A stretch of DNA of 63,289 nt, filler included, from Octopus bimaculoides (GCF_001194135.2; 11 parts of 11 records of this genome joined end to end with filler, not necessarily neighbours in it); one strand, 5' to 3'; counted from the whole stretch's first letter, positions 25,670-38,279 are shown. The notes: a model not told the origin generated them from the letters alone. A program made the numbers and translations.

Positions 25670-25850
25670 CTAAAGCTGGTATCCGTAGCATCATAGGTGA
25701 CTGAAACCACAACACTCAACAGGATGCCGGTCCGTCGCGGAGTTGGCAACGTGGAATGTATCATTTTGCACAAAGACACCGCATCACCGGACCGGGAATC
25801 GAAACCAAGTTATTACGATCATGAGCTCGACACCTTAACCGCTCCGCTGT
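25670..25850 (-). mobile_element. Degenerate tRNA-derived SINE
   Basis: GGAATCGAAACC and TACGATCATGAG..CCTTAACC segments related to 43285-43400. Confidence 0.45.
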
Positions 25851-25901
25851 ACCCTTTCCCACATACTGAGACTACAATTTATTTAATATTTACAAGAGAT
25901 A

Positions 25902-26340
25902 AGGCGGCGAGCTGGCAGAAACGTTAGCACGCCGGGCGAAATGCTTAGTGGTATTTCGTCTGCCGCTATGTTCTGAGTTCAAATTCCGCCGAGGTCGACT
26001 TTGCCTTTCATCCTTTCGGGGTCAATAAATTACGTACCAGTTATGCACTGGGGTCGATGTAATCGACATAATATCTTTGTCTGTCCTTGTTTGTCCCCTC
26101 TGTGTGTAGCCCCTTGTGGGCAATAAAGAAATAAGAAACGTTAGCACGCCGGGCAAAATGCTTAGCGGTATTTCGTCAGTCTTTACTTCTGAGTTCAAAT
26201 TCCGCCGAGGTCGACTTAGCCTTTCATCCTTTCGGGGTCGATAAATTAAGTACCAGTTGCGTACTAGGGTCGATCTAATCGACTGCGCCCCCTCCTCTCC
26301 AAAATTTTGGGCCGCGTGGCTAGAATAGAAAAGAACAGAA
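25902..26340 (+). mobile_element. Head-to-tail SINE family A dimer
   Basis: Full copy 25902-26134 followed immediately by a second copy starting AAACGTTAGCACGCCGGG. Confidence 0.9.
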
Positions 26341-27879
26341 AATTGAAACAATATTTACAGGTGGTGACATGACTTTCAGACCACTCTGCACACCCTGTAC
26401 TATCATTCGAAATCAATATTTACAATAGATTTGAAACGAAAAACGAATTTTTTTCGATGTGACATTTTAATATCTACAATAGCATAACTATTTTGTAAAT
26501 GTCTTAAACGTGTTTAAACATGTTTTAAAAGTTTATAATTTCAAATGTTCACAATACACAATTTTTAATGTCAACAGCAGCGTTTCCATGTTGTTTTAAA
26601 TATTTACAATATAACCGAAATTTAATGTTATATTGTAGATATGAAATTTTAATGACATGTCCTTTGTGTTTCAGCAGAGCATACAAGATGCGATAGTTTA
26701 TACACGAGACAGCTGAAAGCTAGCAGCGCTATTAACATCACTACCACCACCATCACCCCATCCCCGTCAACCTGTTATTGGTGGTGTTGGTGTTGGTGGT
26801 GGTGGTGGTGGTGGTGGGGAGTTAACGTGGCTGGGTAGCTAGAGTGGCGTGCAAAATACTGTGCAATAGTTTTATACATCTAAGCTCTGAGTTCAAATCC
26901 TGTTAGAGAATATTTTGTTTGCTTTTTTTTTTTTTTACCAAAGTTGATAAAATAAATAACGGTGAGCTGTGACAAGCACAGATACAAAGACACACAAATA
27001 TTCTTTTGTTTCAGNNNNNNNNNNNNNNNNNNNNNNNNNNNNNNNNNNNNNNNNNNNNNNNNNNNNNNNNNNNNNNNNNNNNNNNNNNNNNNNNNNNNNN
27101 NNNNNNNNNNNNNNNNNNNNNNNNNNNNNNNNNNNNNNNNNNNNNNNNNNNNNNNNNNNNNNNNNNNNNNNNNNNNNNNNNNNNNNNNNNNNNNNNNNNN
27201 NNNNNNNNNNNNNNNNNNNNNNNNNNNNNNNNNNNNNNNNNNNNNNNNNNNNNNNNNNNNNNNNNNNNNNNNNNNNNNNNNNNNNNNNNNNNNNNNNNNN
27301 NNNNNNNNNNNNNNNNNNNNNNNNNNNNNNNNNNNNNNNNNNNNNNNNNNNNNNNNNNNNNNNNNNNNNNNNNNNNNNNNNNNNNNNNNNNNNNNNNNNN
27401 NNNNNNNNNNNNNNNNNNNNNNNNNNNNNNNNNNNNNNNNNNNNNNNNNNNNNNNNNNNNNNNNNNNNNNNNNNNNNNNNNNNNNNNNNNNNNNNNNNNN
27501 NNNNNNNNNNNNNNNNNNNNNNNNNNNNNNNNNNNNNNNNNNNNNNNNNNNNNNNNNNNNNNNNNNNNNNNNNNNNNNNNNNNNNNNNNNNNNNNNNNNN
27601 NNNNNNNNNNNNNNNNNNNNNNNNNNNNNNNNNNNNNNNNNNNNNNNNNNNNNNNNNNNNNNNNNNNNNNNNNNNNNNNNNNNNNNNNNNNNNNNNNNNN
27701 NNNNNNNNNNNNNNNNNNNNNNNNNNNNNNNNNNNNNNNNNNNNNNNNNNNNNNNNNNNNNNNNNNNNNNNNNNNNNNNNNNNNNNNNNNNNNNNNNNNN
27801 NNNNNNNNNNNNNNNNNNNNNNNNNNNNNNNNNNNNNNNNNNNNNNNNNNNNNNNNNNNNNNNNNNNNNNNNNNNNNNT

Positions 27880-28245
27880 ACGTTCTGAGTTCAAATTCCG
27901 CCGATGTCGGCTTTATCTTTTATCGTTTCTGGGTCGATAAATTAAGTACCTGTTGCGTACCGGGGATCGATCTTATCGATGCCCCCCACCACACCTCCTC
28001 AAAAATTTTGGACCTTGTGCCTGGAGTAGAAAGGGAAAAGAGTCGTTAACACGCCGGACAAAGTGCTAAGAGATATTTCGTCCGTCTTTACGTTCTGAGT
28101 TCAAATTCCGCCGATGTCGGCTTTATCTTTTATCGTTTCTGGGTCGATAAAATAAGTAACAGTTGAGTACTGCGATCGACGTATTCGACTCACCCCACCC
28201 CTAACCCGAAATCGCTGGCCTTGTACCAAAATTTGAAACCATTAT
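27880..28245 (+). mobile_element. SINE family A tandem pair sharing private substitutions
   Basis: Both copies carry CCGCCGATGTCGGCTTTATCTTTTATCGTTTCTGGG instead of the family consensus. Confidence 0.85.
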
Positions 28246-28342
28246 TACTCTGAGATTAGGCTAAGTGAATTATTGAGACGGGATGTTGTCGATTGAAGAG
28301 GTTCCACTTTGTAAATCTTATAACTGGTACTTATTTGATGGA

Positions 28343-28545
28343 CGGTGAAGACACATGGCTTAGCGGTTAGGGCAATCGGCTGGCGATCGTAAGTTCATAA
28401 GTTTGATCTCCGCCGGCGCGTTGTGTCCTTCAGCTAGATACTTTATTTCAATTCACTCCACTCCACTCAGCTGGCAAAATTGAGTTGTACCAGTAATTCA
28501 AGAGGACCGGTCTTGTTACATTGTATGCCATGCTGAGTCTCCCTG
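28343..28545 (+). mobile_element. tRNA-derived SINE family C
   Basis: CATGGCTTAGCGGTTAGG A box, GTTTGATCTCC B box, GCGTTGTGTCC body. Confidence 0.6.
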
Positions 28546-28572
28546 AGCAAGTCACTGCACTAGGTCCTATAG

Positions 28573-28776
28573 TATTGGGTTGTCCGGAAAGTTCGTGCCG
28601 TTGCTATGAAACCACCTCAATTCTGGGAAGAGAGTATTTTCAAGTTAAAGGAAAGATGGAGACGCATTGTGCAAGAAAATGGTTCATATTTGGTTGATTA
28701 AAAATGTAATGGCAAGTATTTATTGACCCTTTTCTTTCCTTTAAAAATCGGCACGAACTTTCCGGACAACCCAATA
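28573..28776. mobile_element. Mariner-type MITE with perfect 28-nt inverted ends (including TA)
   Basis: TATTGGGTTGTCCGGAAAGTTCGTGCCG (28573-28600) is the exact reverse complement of 28749-28776. Confidence 0.9.
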
Positions 28777-29002
28777 TTTTTCACTGACAGTAACCCACGG
28801 GTTACATAGATCAGAAGTGGGCCCCAAGTGGACCCCAAAATCAGTGAGACCTCTGGGCCGCGGCCAGGGTGCCCATAGCTTAAGACGGCACTGGTATGTA
28901 TGNNNNNNNNNNNNNNNNNNNNNNNNNNNNNNNNNNNNNNNNNNNNTTAATTAATTAANNNNNNNNNNNNNNNNNNNNNNNNNNNNNNNNNNNNNNNNNN
29001 NN

Positions 29003-29209
29003 GCCGGATGAAATGCTTAGCGGTATTTCGTCTGCCGTTACGTTCTGAGTTCAAATTCCGCCGAGGTCGACTTTGCCTTTCATCCTTTCAGTGTCGATAA
29101 ATAAAGTACCAGCTATGCACTGGGGTCGATGTAATCGACCTAATCCCTTTGTCTGTCCTTGTTTGTCCCCTCTAAGTTTAGCCCCTTGTGAGCAATAAAG
29201 AAATAAGAA
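29003..29209 (+). mobile_element. SINE family A
   Basis: Core and tail as in other copies; 5' end cut by a gap. Confidence 0.9.
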
Positions 29210-29611
29210 ACTGTGTAGAAGCCCGTAGTATTTATACATGTCTGTGTGTATATGTGTGTGTCTGTATTTGTGTGTGCGTGTCTTTGTGTATGTTTCTGTG
29301 AGTGTCTGTCTTTGTGTGTGTAAGTGTGTTTTAATTTTGTATTTGTGCCTCAACACCGCTTGATGTGTTTGTACCCCCAACCGATGTTGGTTTGTTTACG
29401 TCCCTGTAACACAGCGGTTAGCCAAACCAGACATATAACAATGATTTTTTTTTAAATAATCAATACACAAAGTCGATTTGTACGACGAAGCACTTCGAAG
29501 AGATGCTACCCAGCGGGGCCGCAGCTCAATGATTGAAGCGAATATAAAAGATGAAAAGTAAATGATAAAAGATTAAAGACGAAATGGAATTATACTGAAA
29601 CAATGACTGAC

Positions 29612-30015
29612 CCGCGAAGTGTATCCAATGAATTGAGGCGCTTTCGTGTTTTCACCGGTGTAGTCTGCTCCCGCTGCTTATTGTCTTTAGTCTTTAACGT
29701 CATCTCCGTATGGCCTTTCTTCCCATCTTCGATTACATCGATTTCATTGCCTTTCCTCATTATACCACCGCTGCCTCCGCCGCCATCTTTTCCACTAACT
29801 TTGCTGCCCTCTTCTTTTTCCTTCTCTTCTTTTCCTTTTACCGTCTTCTTTCCTTCGCCTTCTTTTCCTTCATCTTCATCTTCGTTGCCTTCCTCTTCGT
29901 CTTCTTTCTCGCTTTTTACTTCTTTTTCTCCGTCGTTTGCCGCAGTACTCTCTATATCCGTAAATTCTACGCATTTTTCAATATCTTTCGCCTTGATCTC
30001 GTCTTCGGTCAGCAC
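29612..30015 (-). CDS. HGSNAT: HGSNAT internal exon (404 nt; equivalent of human exon 7), cytosolic loop leading into TM2
   Basis: Open frame VLTEDEIKAK...TPVKTRKRLNSLDTLRG matches the HGSNAT motif RLxSxDTxRG. Acceptor ttttag|GTG at 30016/30015 and donor CGC GG|gtcagt at 29612/29611. Phase 0 start and phase 2 end inside the Gly codon, as I recall for human c.634-743. Confidence 0.85.
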
Positions 30016-30349
30016 CTAAAACATTATAAAAAGGTACATACAGTATATACACACCTACTTACATATATGTGTGTGTGTGTGTGTGTGTGTNNNNNNNNNN
30101 NNNNNNNNNNNNNNNNNNNNNNNNNNNNNNNNNNNNNNNNNNNNNNNNNNNNNNNNNNNNNNNNNNNNNNNNNNNNNNNNNNNNNNNNNNNNNNNNNNNN
30201 NNNNNNNNNNNNNNNNNNNNNNNNNNNNNNNNNNNNNNNNNNNNNNNNNNNNNNNGAAAGAGAGAGAGAAACGTGTGGGGTGGGGGGTAGTGCGTGTACA
30301 GTATGTGCTTGTATATATATATTCATACATATATATACGTACATTATTT

Positions 30350-30497
30350 ACATTTGACGGATATTTGTCCTCATCTTGTTTGTTAACACACCGTTTCGGC
30401 TGATATACCCTCCAGCCTTCATCAGGTGTCTTGGGGAAATTTCGAAATTCCGAACCTGGGTTCTCATTCCTAAGGTATTTTTCGTTGTTGTTGTTGT
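30350..30497 (-). mobile_element. Penelope pLTR/retrozyme-like fragment carrying a minimal hammerhead (30385-30430)
   Basis: Minus strand reads (ACA)n-GAAAAATACCTTAGG...GACAC CTGATGA A GGCTG-loop-CAGCC GAAA CG GT GTGTT. Confidence 0.65.
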
Positions 30498-31372
30498 TGT
30501 TGTCCCATTGCATAATTTAAGAGGTTTTAAATTTCTTAGAAGTATTATTGGGACTCCTACCTTCAGAAAAGGTTTATGTGGAGGAATTCCAGGTGGCTCA
30601 AGAGAATTAAGGAATTCTGTTTGGTAATGGACAGCTTGATTTTCATCAAAGACTGAATCAACTGATTTGTACTTCTTAAAGACTGCTGGAATCTCATTCA
30701 TTAATCCATGGTTAATCCTTGCTACTGTCTCATTTTTTTGGGAGTAAGAATTGCCTTTTCACACAACCATTTATGTGAATTATAATTATAACTTAAGTCT
30801 GGCAATACCCTCTTCTTCAATTCAGCTGGGGAATTCACCATGATAGCAATATGAGCCAAACTGATATCACCATTCCCATCAAATGTTACTTTCCTATTTC
30901 CTAATTGGAGGAGCCAGGTTCAAAACTGTTTTGTACATTGATCCCCATGTAATAAAGCTGGCACGTTAGTATTGAAGGAGAATTTTCATACTTCATTCCA
31001 TAGGTGTGAAGACTTAATGCATGCGTTTATTTAATCAGATCTTGTTCGTCTCAGAATGACTGGTAATGTCTGTCTGAAGTCTCCTGGTAAAACTAATGTA
31101 ACTCCTCCCGTAGATTTATTGTTGCCTTTGATGTCCTGTAAGGTCTTACCAGGACCTTCCATCGCACCTCTCTGTGACATGGAGCATTCATCCCAAACGA
31201 TAAAGCGGTATTGGCACGACATTTCTGCTGAACCTGAATCTTTGCTTATGTTACAAATGGGACTGTCTCTGGTGACCAGGTTTAGTGCTAATTTAAAAGC
31301 AGAATGAGCTGTTCGTCCTCCGGGGAGAATGGTGGCAGCAATGCCAGACGATGCTACAGCAACTGCAATTCA
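30497..31372 (-). mobile_element. Helitron PIF1-like helicase fragment (pseudogenised)
   Basis: IAATILPGGRTAHSAFKL; IVWDECSM; GGVTLVLPGDFRQTLPV; EFLNSLEPPGIPPH..LKVGVPIILLRNL...LCNG. Confidence 0.9.
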
Positions 31373-31997
31373 TTTTTGTTGCCTTACTTTGGAGAGAAGC
31401 AATGTTACAAATGTTTAACCTGTACCACCAGGGGCATCAAGAAAGACAATTCCTCTGCTTTTTTCTGACAATTGTGGAACGCCGCACGCGTGCACACACA
31501 CACACACACACACACACAGATACATACACATACACATACATAAATAAATAGGCATACATAAATAAATAGGCATACATCTTCTTGTATGTATGTGTGCGTG
31601 TGTGTATGTAAGAGAAAGAGAGAGAGTTCCACTTAGATATCACACACTCTCTCTCAAACATACACACATACATACAAAAAAGATGCATGCATATATATTT
31701 ATGTATGTACGCATACATGACAACACACCCCTTTACTCTCTCTCACACACACACACACACACACATACATAAAGGCATACAAACGTACATGCAAAAACAC
31801 ACGTGTGCGTGTGTGACTGACTACAAATACATAAATATGAACACCGCGTGAAAAAGAAAAAAAGAAAAGTCTTAGGTAAATTAACGAAATGTGCGAGTTC
31901 CACCAAAATAATGCCCATATTTTTTGGACGCCCTATGTTGAATTGCAAAATTTTAACGTGATATTTATGTAATAAAGAAATCAAACCTGGTATGTGT

Positions 31998-32035
<38 letters not shown>

Positions 32036-33998
32036 NNNNNNNNNNNNNNNNNNNNNNNNNNNNNNNNNNNNNNNNNNNNNNNNNNNNNNNNNNNNNNNNN
32101 NNNNNNNNNNNNNNNNNNNNNNNNNNNNNNNNNNNNNNNNNNNNNNNNNNNNNNNNNNNNNNNNNNNNNNNNNNNNNNNNNNNNNNNNNNNCAGTAATTA
32201 TTCGTAATTATTTACAAATAGCGAATTAAAACTTGAAACGAAAACATTAAAATTAGACAGGGACAGATTTCGCCGTTTTTACGTCAATACTAGAAACTGA
32301 AATTGAGAAACCTTTTTAAAGAAGTGAACCTAATCTAATAATATATCAAGCAAAATTTTTTTTTTTTTTAATTAAAAAAAAAAATCAAGGAAGAACCTAT
32401 AATGTGTCCAATGTGGAATTATTCATGCGCAACAAGTATGGAAGCCATTGGTGAAGCCGTTTTCGCGTAAAAAGTGAATACACACACATCTCTATTTTGT
32501 ATATTGTTAGATATGTATATATGTATGTGTATATGTATGTGTATATGTGTGTGTATACGTATTTCTGTGTGTACATATAAATATATGTGAAGAAACAGGC
32601 ATGTAAATGTATATATATTTATAAAAACACACACACGCATATGTGTGTGTGTGTGTGTATGTGTGCATATGCGTAGTCATACATATACGTTATACATAGA
32701 TACATACAAAGATTTATATATATATATATATATATAGCGTGAGAGAGTTAGGGGTTGGGGGTACAACCCACTAAGGGATAGTATCTATCCAGTATACTGC
32801 TGGAAGGGTACCCAATTATTGCTACACTAGTGCTATACTAGGTGCAATCAATGGGAGCAGGTAAAAGCGGAGGTTTTACCCAAAATTTGTGTAACAATTA
32901 GAAAAGGGAGGATAATATGCTGAACCCAACTACTTGCAGACGGTGTATCCCGTTGAATTCATTAATTTAATTCATAGCAAAAGTGACAAAAGAGAGGAAG
33001 AAAAGNNNNNNNNNNNNNNNNNNNNNNNNNNNNNNNNNNNNNNNNNNNNNNNNNNNNNNNNNNNNNNNNNNNNNNNNNNNNNNNNNNNNNNNNNNNNNNN
33101 NNNNNNNNNNNNNNNNNNNNNNNNNNNNNNNNNNNNNNNNNNNNNNNNNNNNNNNNNNNNNNNNNNNNNNNNNNNNNNNNNNNNNNNNNNNNNNNNNNNN
33201 NNNNNNNNNNNNNNNNNNNNNNNNNNNNNNNNNNNNNNNNNNNNNNNNNNNNNNNNNNNNNNNNNNNNNNNNNNNNNNNNNNNNNNNNNNNNNNNNNNNN
33301 NNNNNNNNNNNNNNNNNNNNNNNNNNNNNNNNNNNNNNNNNNNNNNNNNNNNNNNNNNNNNNNNNNNNNNNNNNNNNNNNNNNNNNNNNNNNNNNNNNNN
33401 NNNNNNNNNNNNNNNNNNNNNNNNNNNNNNNNNNNNNNNNNNNNNNNNNNNNNNNNNNNNNNNNNNNNNNNNNNNNNNNNNNNNNNNNNNNNNNNNNNNN
33501 NNNNNNNNNNNNNNNNNNNNNNNNNNNNNNNNNNNNNNNNNNNNNNNNNNNNNNNNNNNNNNNNNNNNNNNNNNNNNNNNNNNNNNNNNNNNNNNNNNNN
33601 NNNNNNNNNNNNNNNNNNNNNNNNNNNNNNNNNNNNNNNNNNNNNNNNNNNNNNNNNNNNNNNNNNNNNNNNNNNNNNNNNNNNNNNNNNNNNNNNNNNN
33701 NNNNNNNNNNNNNNNNNNNNNNNNNNNNNNNNNNNNNNNNNNNNNNNNNNNNNNNNNNNNNNNNNNNNNNNNNNNNNNNNNNNNNNNNNNNNNNNNNNNN
33801 NNNNNNNNNNNNNNNNNNNNNNNNNNNNNNNNNNNNNNNNNNNNNNNNNNNNNNNNNNNNNNNNNNNNNNNNNNNNNNNNNNNNNNNNNNNNNNNNNNNN
33901 NNNNNNNNNNNNNNNNNNNNNNNNNNNNNNNNNNNNNNNNNNNNNNNNNNNNNNNNNNNNNNNNNNNNNNNNNNNNNNNNNNNNNNNNNNNNNNNNNA

Positions 33999-34500
33999 TA
34001 TATATATATACATGTATATGTACACATATATATATATAATATATATATGTATATGTACACATATATATATAATATATGTATATACGGGTATAAACATGTT
34101 ATATGTGTATGCGTTTTATGCATAGGTTAATTTGCGTGTGTGTATATATATGTGTGTATATATGTGTGTGTATGCATGAATGTATATATATATATATATG
34201 TATGTATGTATGTATGTATATATGTATATATGCATACATACATGCATACATACAAACATATATATGCACCCATGCATATATATATATATATGTGTATATA
34301 TGTATATATGCATATATATATATATATATACATATATATATACATATATATATATACATGTATATGTACACATATATATATAATATATATATGTATATGT
34401 ACACATATATATATAATATATGTATATACGGGTATAAACATGTTATATGTGTATGCGTTTTATGCTTAGGTTAATTTGCGTGTGTGTATATATATGTGTA
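33999..34500. repeat. 344-bp tandem duplication
   Basis: ACGGGTATAAACATGTTATATGTGTATGCGTTTTATGC at 34084 and 34428. Confidence 0.85.
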
Positions 34501-34669
34501 TATATATGTGTGTATATATGTGTGTGTATGTGTGTGCGTGCATTTGCATGTAATATGCGTATACATATACATATATGCATTTATATATACTATATACGTT
34601 ATATATTCATACAGAGATATGTATGTTTATGTTATATATACTATATATTTTATCTATGTATACATAGAC

Positions 34670-34700
<31 letters not shown>

Positions 34701-35617
34701 AATTTATATATACGTGTAAAGTTATGTGTGCATATGTATGTGTGTACATGTGTGTGTCTGAGAGAGAGAGACAGAGAGTGTGAATAAGTATCACGTGACT
34801 TAGCCATTTCTTCTGCTCTTAGCTAACCGTTTCTTCGTTGTCTTTTTATCAAATTGCCTTTATTTCGAAACATCCCCACGAACGCCAACAGGTCGTCGCC
34901 GCCATTGAGGCCAACAGCGCCACCACCTCAACCACCACCATCACCATCACCACCACCACCGCCAATAGCCCAACCGCCACCCCATCCCTCGCCATTGTAT
35001 ACGTTACTTTTCTTCTGTCACTAGAAATATACTTTACCCTGAAAGATACATTTTAATTATTAATAAAGGGAGAAAATTCTGCTTCCGGTAAAAATATTTC
35101 ACTTCCTGTTTTATTCCATTCAACTGAAAATTACCATAGATTTCTCGTAAAGAAAATATATATAAATGTATGCATGGATGTATATATACATGCATTTACG
35201 CATGTATGTCTGTATTTTTGAATATATGCATGTATGTATTTATGAACGTACGTATGTATATAGGTATGTATGCATGTATGCATGCATTTATATTTGTATA
35301 CATGCATGTATGTAAGTATGTATGTGTGCATATGCATGTGTGCGTGTGTGTAGACATACATATGTACTGATATACATAGATTCAGAAATTCGTGTAGGTC
35401 GATGTATGTTCTATTTATGTATTATATACGAATGTACGTCTGTATATATACGTGTGTATATGTATATACATGCATATTTACGCGTGTATATATGGACATA
35501 TCCATGAATATATCTCTGTACACGCACACCCACGCACATAAAAATATTTATATGGACTTTTGTGCGTATATACACATATATGTTCGTGTATAATGTATTT
35601 GTATATGCCTATTACTG

Positions 35618-35676
<59 letters not shown>

Positions 35677-35949
35677 CTATGTATGTAGGTATGTATGTAT
35701 GTACGTATGTAGGTAGGTAGGTATATATATACATGTATGTATATATGTGTGTGTACATATATATATATGTGTGTATGTTCCTCTCTCTCTTTCTCTGTCA
35801 CTCTCTGTATGTATATATTTATATACGTGTGTGTATGTGTATATGCACGTATGTATGCATGTATGTATGTATGTATGTATGTATGTATGCACGCATTTAA
35901 ATTTAAGGAAAATGTCTTGAAGCATGGAGACGTAGAAAGTGGAAACTCG

Positions 35950-37600
35950 TACTCCACCGCCACCATCAGGATGGAACACCTACAGCACTACGACCCTCAC
36001 TACTGCAGCCACTACCACCATCACCACTGCCACCGCCACTAATATCATCATCACCCCCACCACCATCTCCACCACCACTATCACTACCACTACAGCCATT
36101 ACCACTACCACCACATCCATAACCACCAGCACCAGCACCACACCACCACTACCACCGCCGCCACTACCACCATCACCACTGCCACCGCCACTAATATCAT
36201 CATCACCCCCACCACCATCTCCACCACCACTATCACTACCACTACAGCCATTACCANNNNNNNNNNNNNNNNNNNNNNNNNNNNNNNNNNNNNNNNNNNN
36301 NNNNNNNNNNNNNNNNNNNNNNNNNNNNNNNNNNNNNNNNNNNNNNNNNNNNNNNNNNNNNNNNNNNNNNNNNNNNNNNNNNNNNNNNNNNNNNNNNNNN
36401 NNNNNNNNNNNNNNNNNNNNNNNNNNNNNNNNNNNNNNNNNNNNNNNNNNNNNNNNNNNNNNNNNNNNNNNNNNNNNNNNNNNNNNNNNNNNNNNNNNNN
36501 NNNNNNNNNNNNNNNNNNNNNNNNNNNNNNNNNNNNNNNNNNNNNNNNNNNNNNNNNNNNNNNNNNNNNNNNNNNNNNNNNNNNNNNNNNNNNNNNNNNN
36601 NNNNNNNNNNNNNNNNNNNNNNNNNNNNNNNNNNNNNNNNNNNNNNNNNNNNNNNNNNNNNNNNNNNNNNNNNNNNNNNNNNNNNNNNNNNNNNNNNNNN
36701 NNNNNNNNNNNNNNNNNNNNNNNNNNNNNNNNNNNNNNNNNNNNNNNNNNNNNNNNNNNNNNNNNNNNNNNNNNNNNNNNNNNNNNNNNNNNNNNNNNNN
36801 NNNNNNNNNNNNNNNNNNNNNNNNNNNNNNNNNNNNNNNNNNNNNNNNNNNNNNNNNNNNNNNNNNNNNNNNNNNNNNNNNNNNNNNNNNNNNNNNNNNN
36901 NNNNNNNNNNNNNNNNNNNNNNNNNNNNNNNNNNNNNNNNNNNNNNNNNNNNNNNNNNNNNNNNNNNNNNNNNNNNNNNNNNNNNNNNNNNNNNNNNNNN
37001 NNNNNNNNNNNNNNNNNNNNNNNNNNNNNNNNNNNNNNNNNNNNNNNNNNNNNNNNNNNNNNNNNNNNNNNNNNNNNNNNNNNNNNNNNNNNNNNNNNNN
37101 NNNNNNNNNNNNNNNNNNNNNNNNNNNNNNNNNNNNNNNNNNNNNNNNNNNNNNNNNNNNNNNGTTGTGCTTGTAGTGGTGGTGGTGGTGGTGGTTGAGG
37201 TAGTGGTGGTGATGTTTGTGGTGGTGGTGGTGGTGGTTTGGTGGTGATGGTGGTGGTAGTAGTGGTTTTGTTTGCAGTGGTGGTGGTAGTGGTAGGTGTT
37301 GAGGTGGCAAAAGTATTGGTAGCAAAAGTGATTACAACCACAACCACCTCTACCACGACCAACACTACATCAACAACAACTACAACACAAATATAACTAC
37401 TACGACCACCACCATAACTTCCACTCCAAAGCAACCACCTCCACAACCACTATCACCTCAACTACAACCATAACTCAACAACACCACCACAACTACACTA
37501 TATCCACAACCACAACCAATAAGTACCATTACAACTACTAGCAGTATTACCATAAATTGCACAACCACAGCTACCACCGCAACCACAGCTACCGCCTAAC
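35950..37600. repeat. (CAC/GGT)n low-complexity tract with internal duplication, spanning a gap
   Basis: Trinucleotide-rich on both sides of the gap; a ~90-bp block is repeated near 36013 and 36167. Confidence 0.8.
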
Positions 37601-37673
37601 TACTGTCATACAGAAGGGATGATGTGTGCAATAACAGCAGGAAGGAATGAAGGCATAAAAAGACTTTATTTAC

Positions 37674-37758
37674 CATGTCTGTGCTGTGTTCTATGCCTTC
37701 TCTTATTGGCACTACGTTGGCGCGTCTTTTGCAACAAGATGTTTCGCTCTTTCGGCTC
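37674..37758 (-). CDS. HGSNAT: Probable HGSNAT exon (85 nt; equivalent of human exon 6)
   Basis: Pyrimidine tract ttctatcttctacatccaatag|G and donor ATG|gtaaat. Reads (x)SRKSETSCCKRRANVVPIREGIEHSTDM, phase 2 start and phase 0 end, splicing in frame to the 30015 exon. Assigned on splice signals and phase, not on sequence conservation. Confidence 0.6.
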
Positions 37759-37783
37759 CTATTGGATGTAGAAGATAGAACCG

Positions 37784-37824
<41 letters not shown>

Positions 37825-38170
37825 CACACACACATACATACAGGCACACTCACAGATAGACAGTCAGACGGATGGACNNNNNNNNNNNNNNNNNNNNNNN
37901 NNNNNNNNNNNNNNNNNNNNNNNNNNNNNNNNNNNNNNNNNNNNNNNNNNNNNNNNNNNNNNNNNNNNNNNNNNNNNNNNNNNNNNNNNNNNNNNNNNNN
38001 NNNNNNNNNNNNNNNNNNNNNNNNNNNNNNNNNNNNNNNNNNNNNNNNNNNNNNNNNNNNNNNNNNNNNNNNNNNNNNNNNNNNNNNNNNNNNNNNNNNN
38101 NNNNNNNNNNNNNNNNNNNNNNNNNNNNNNNNNNNNNNNNNNNNNNNNNNNNNNNNNNNNNNNNNNNNNN

Positions 38171-38279
<109 letters not shown>

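Noticed and set aside
29603-30019. Plus-strand 138-aa S/F/P-rich ORF
   Set aside because: Antisense shadow of the purine-rich HGSNAT exon.
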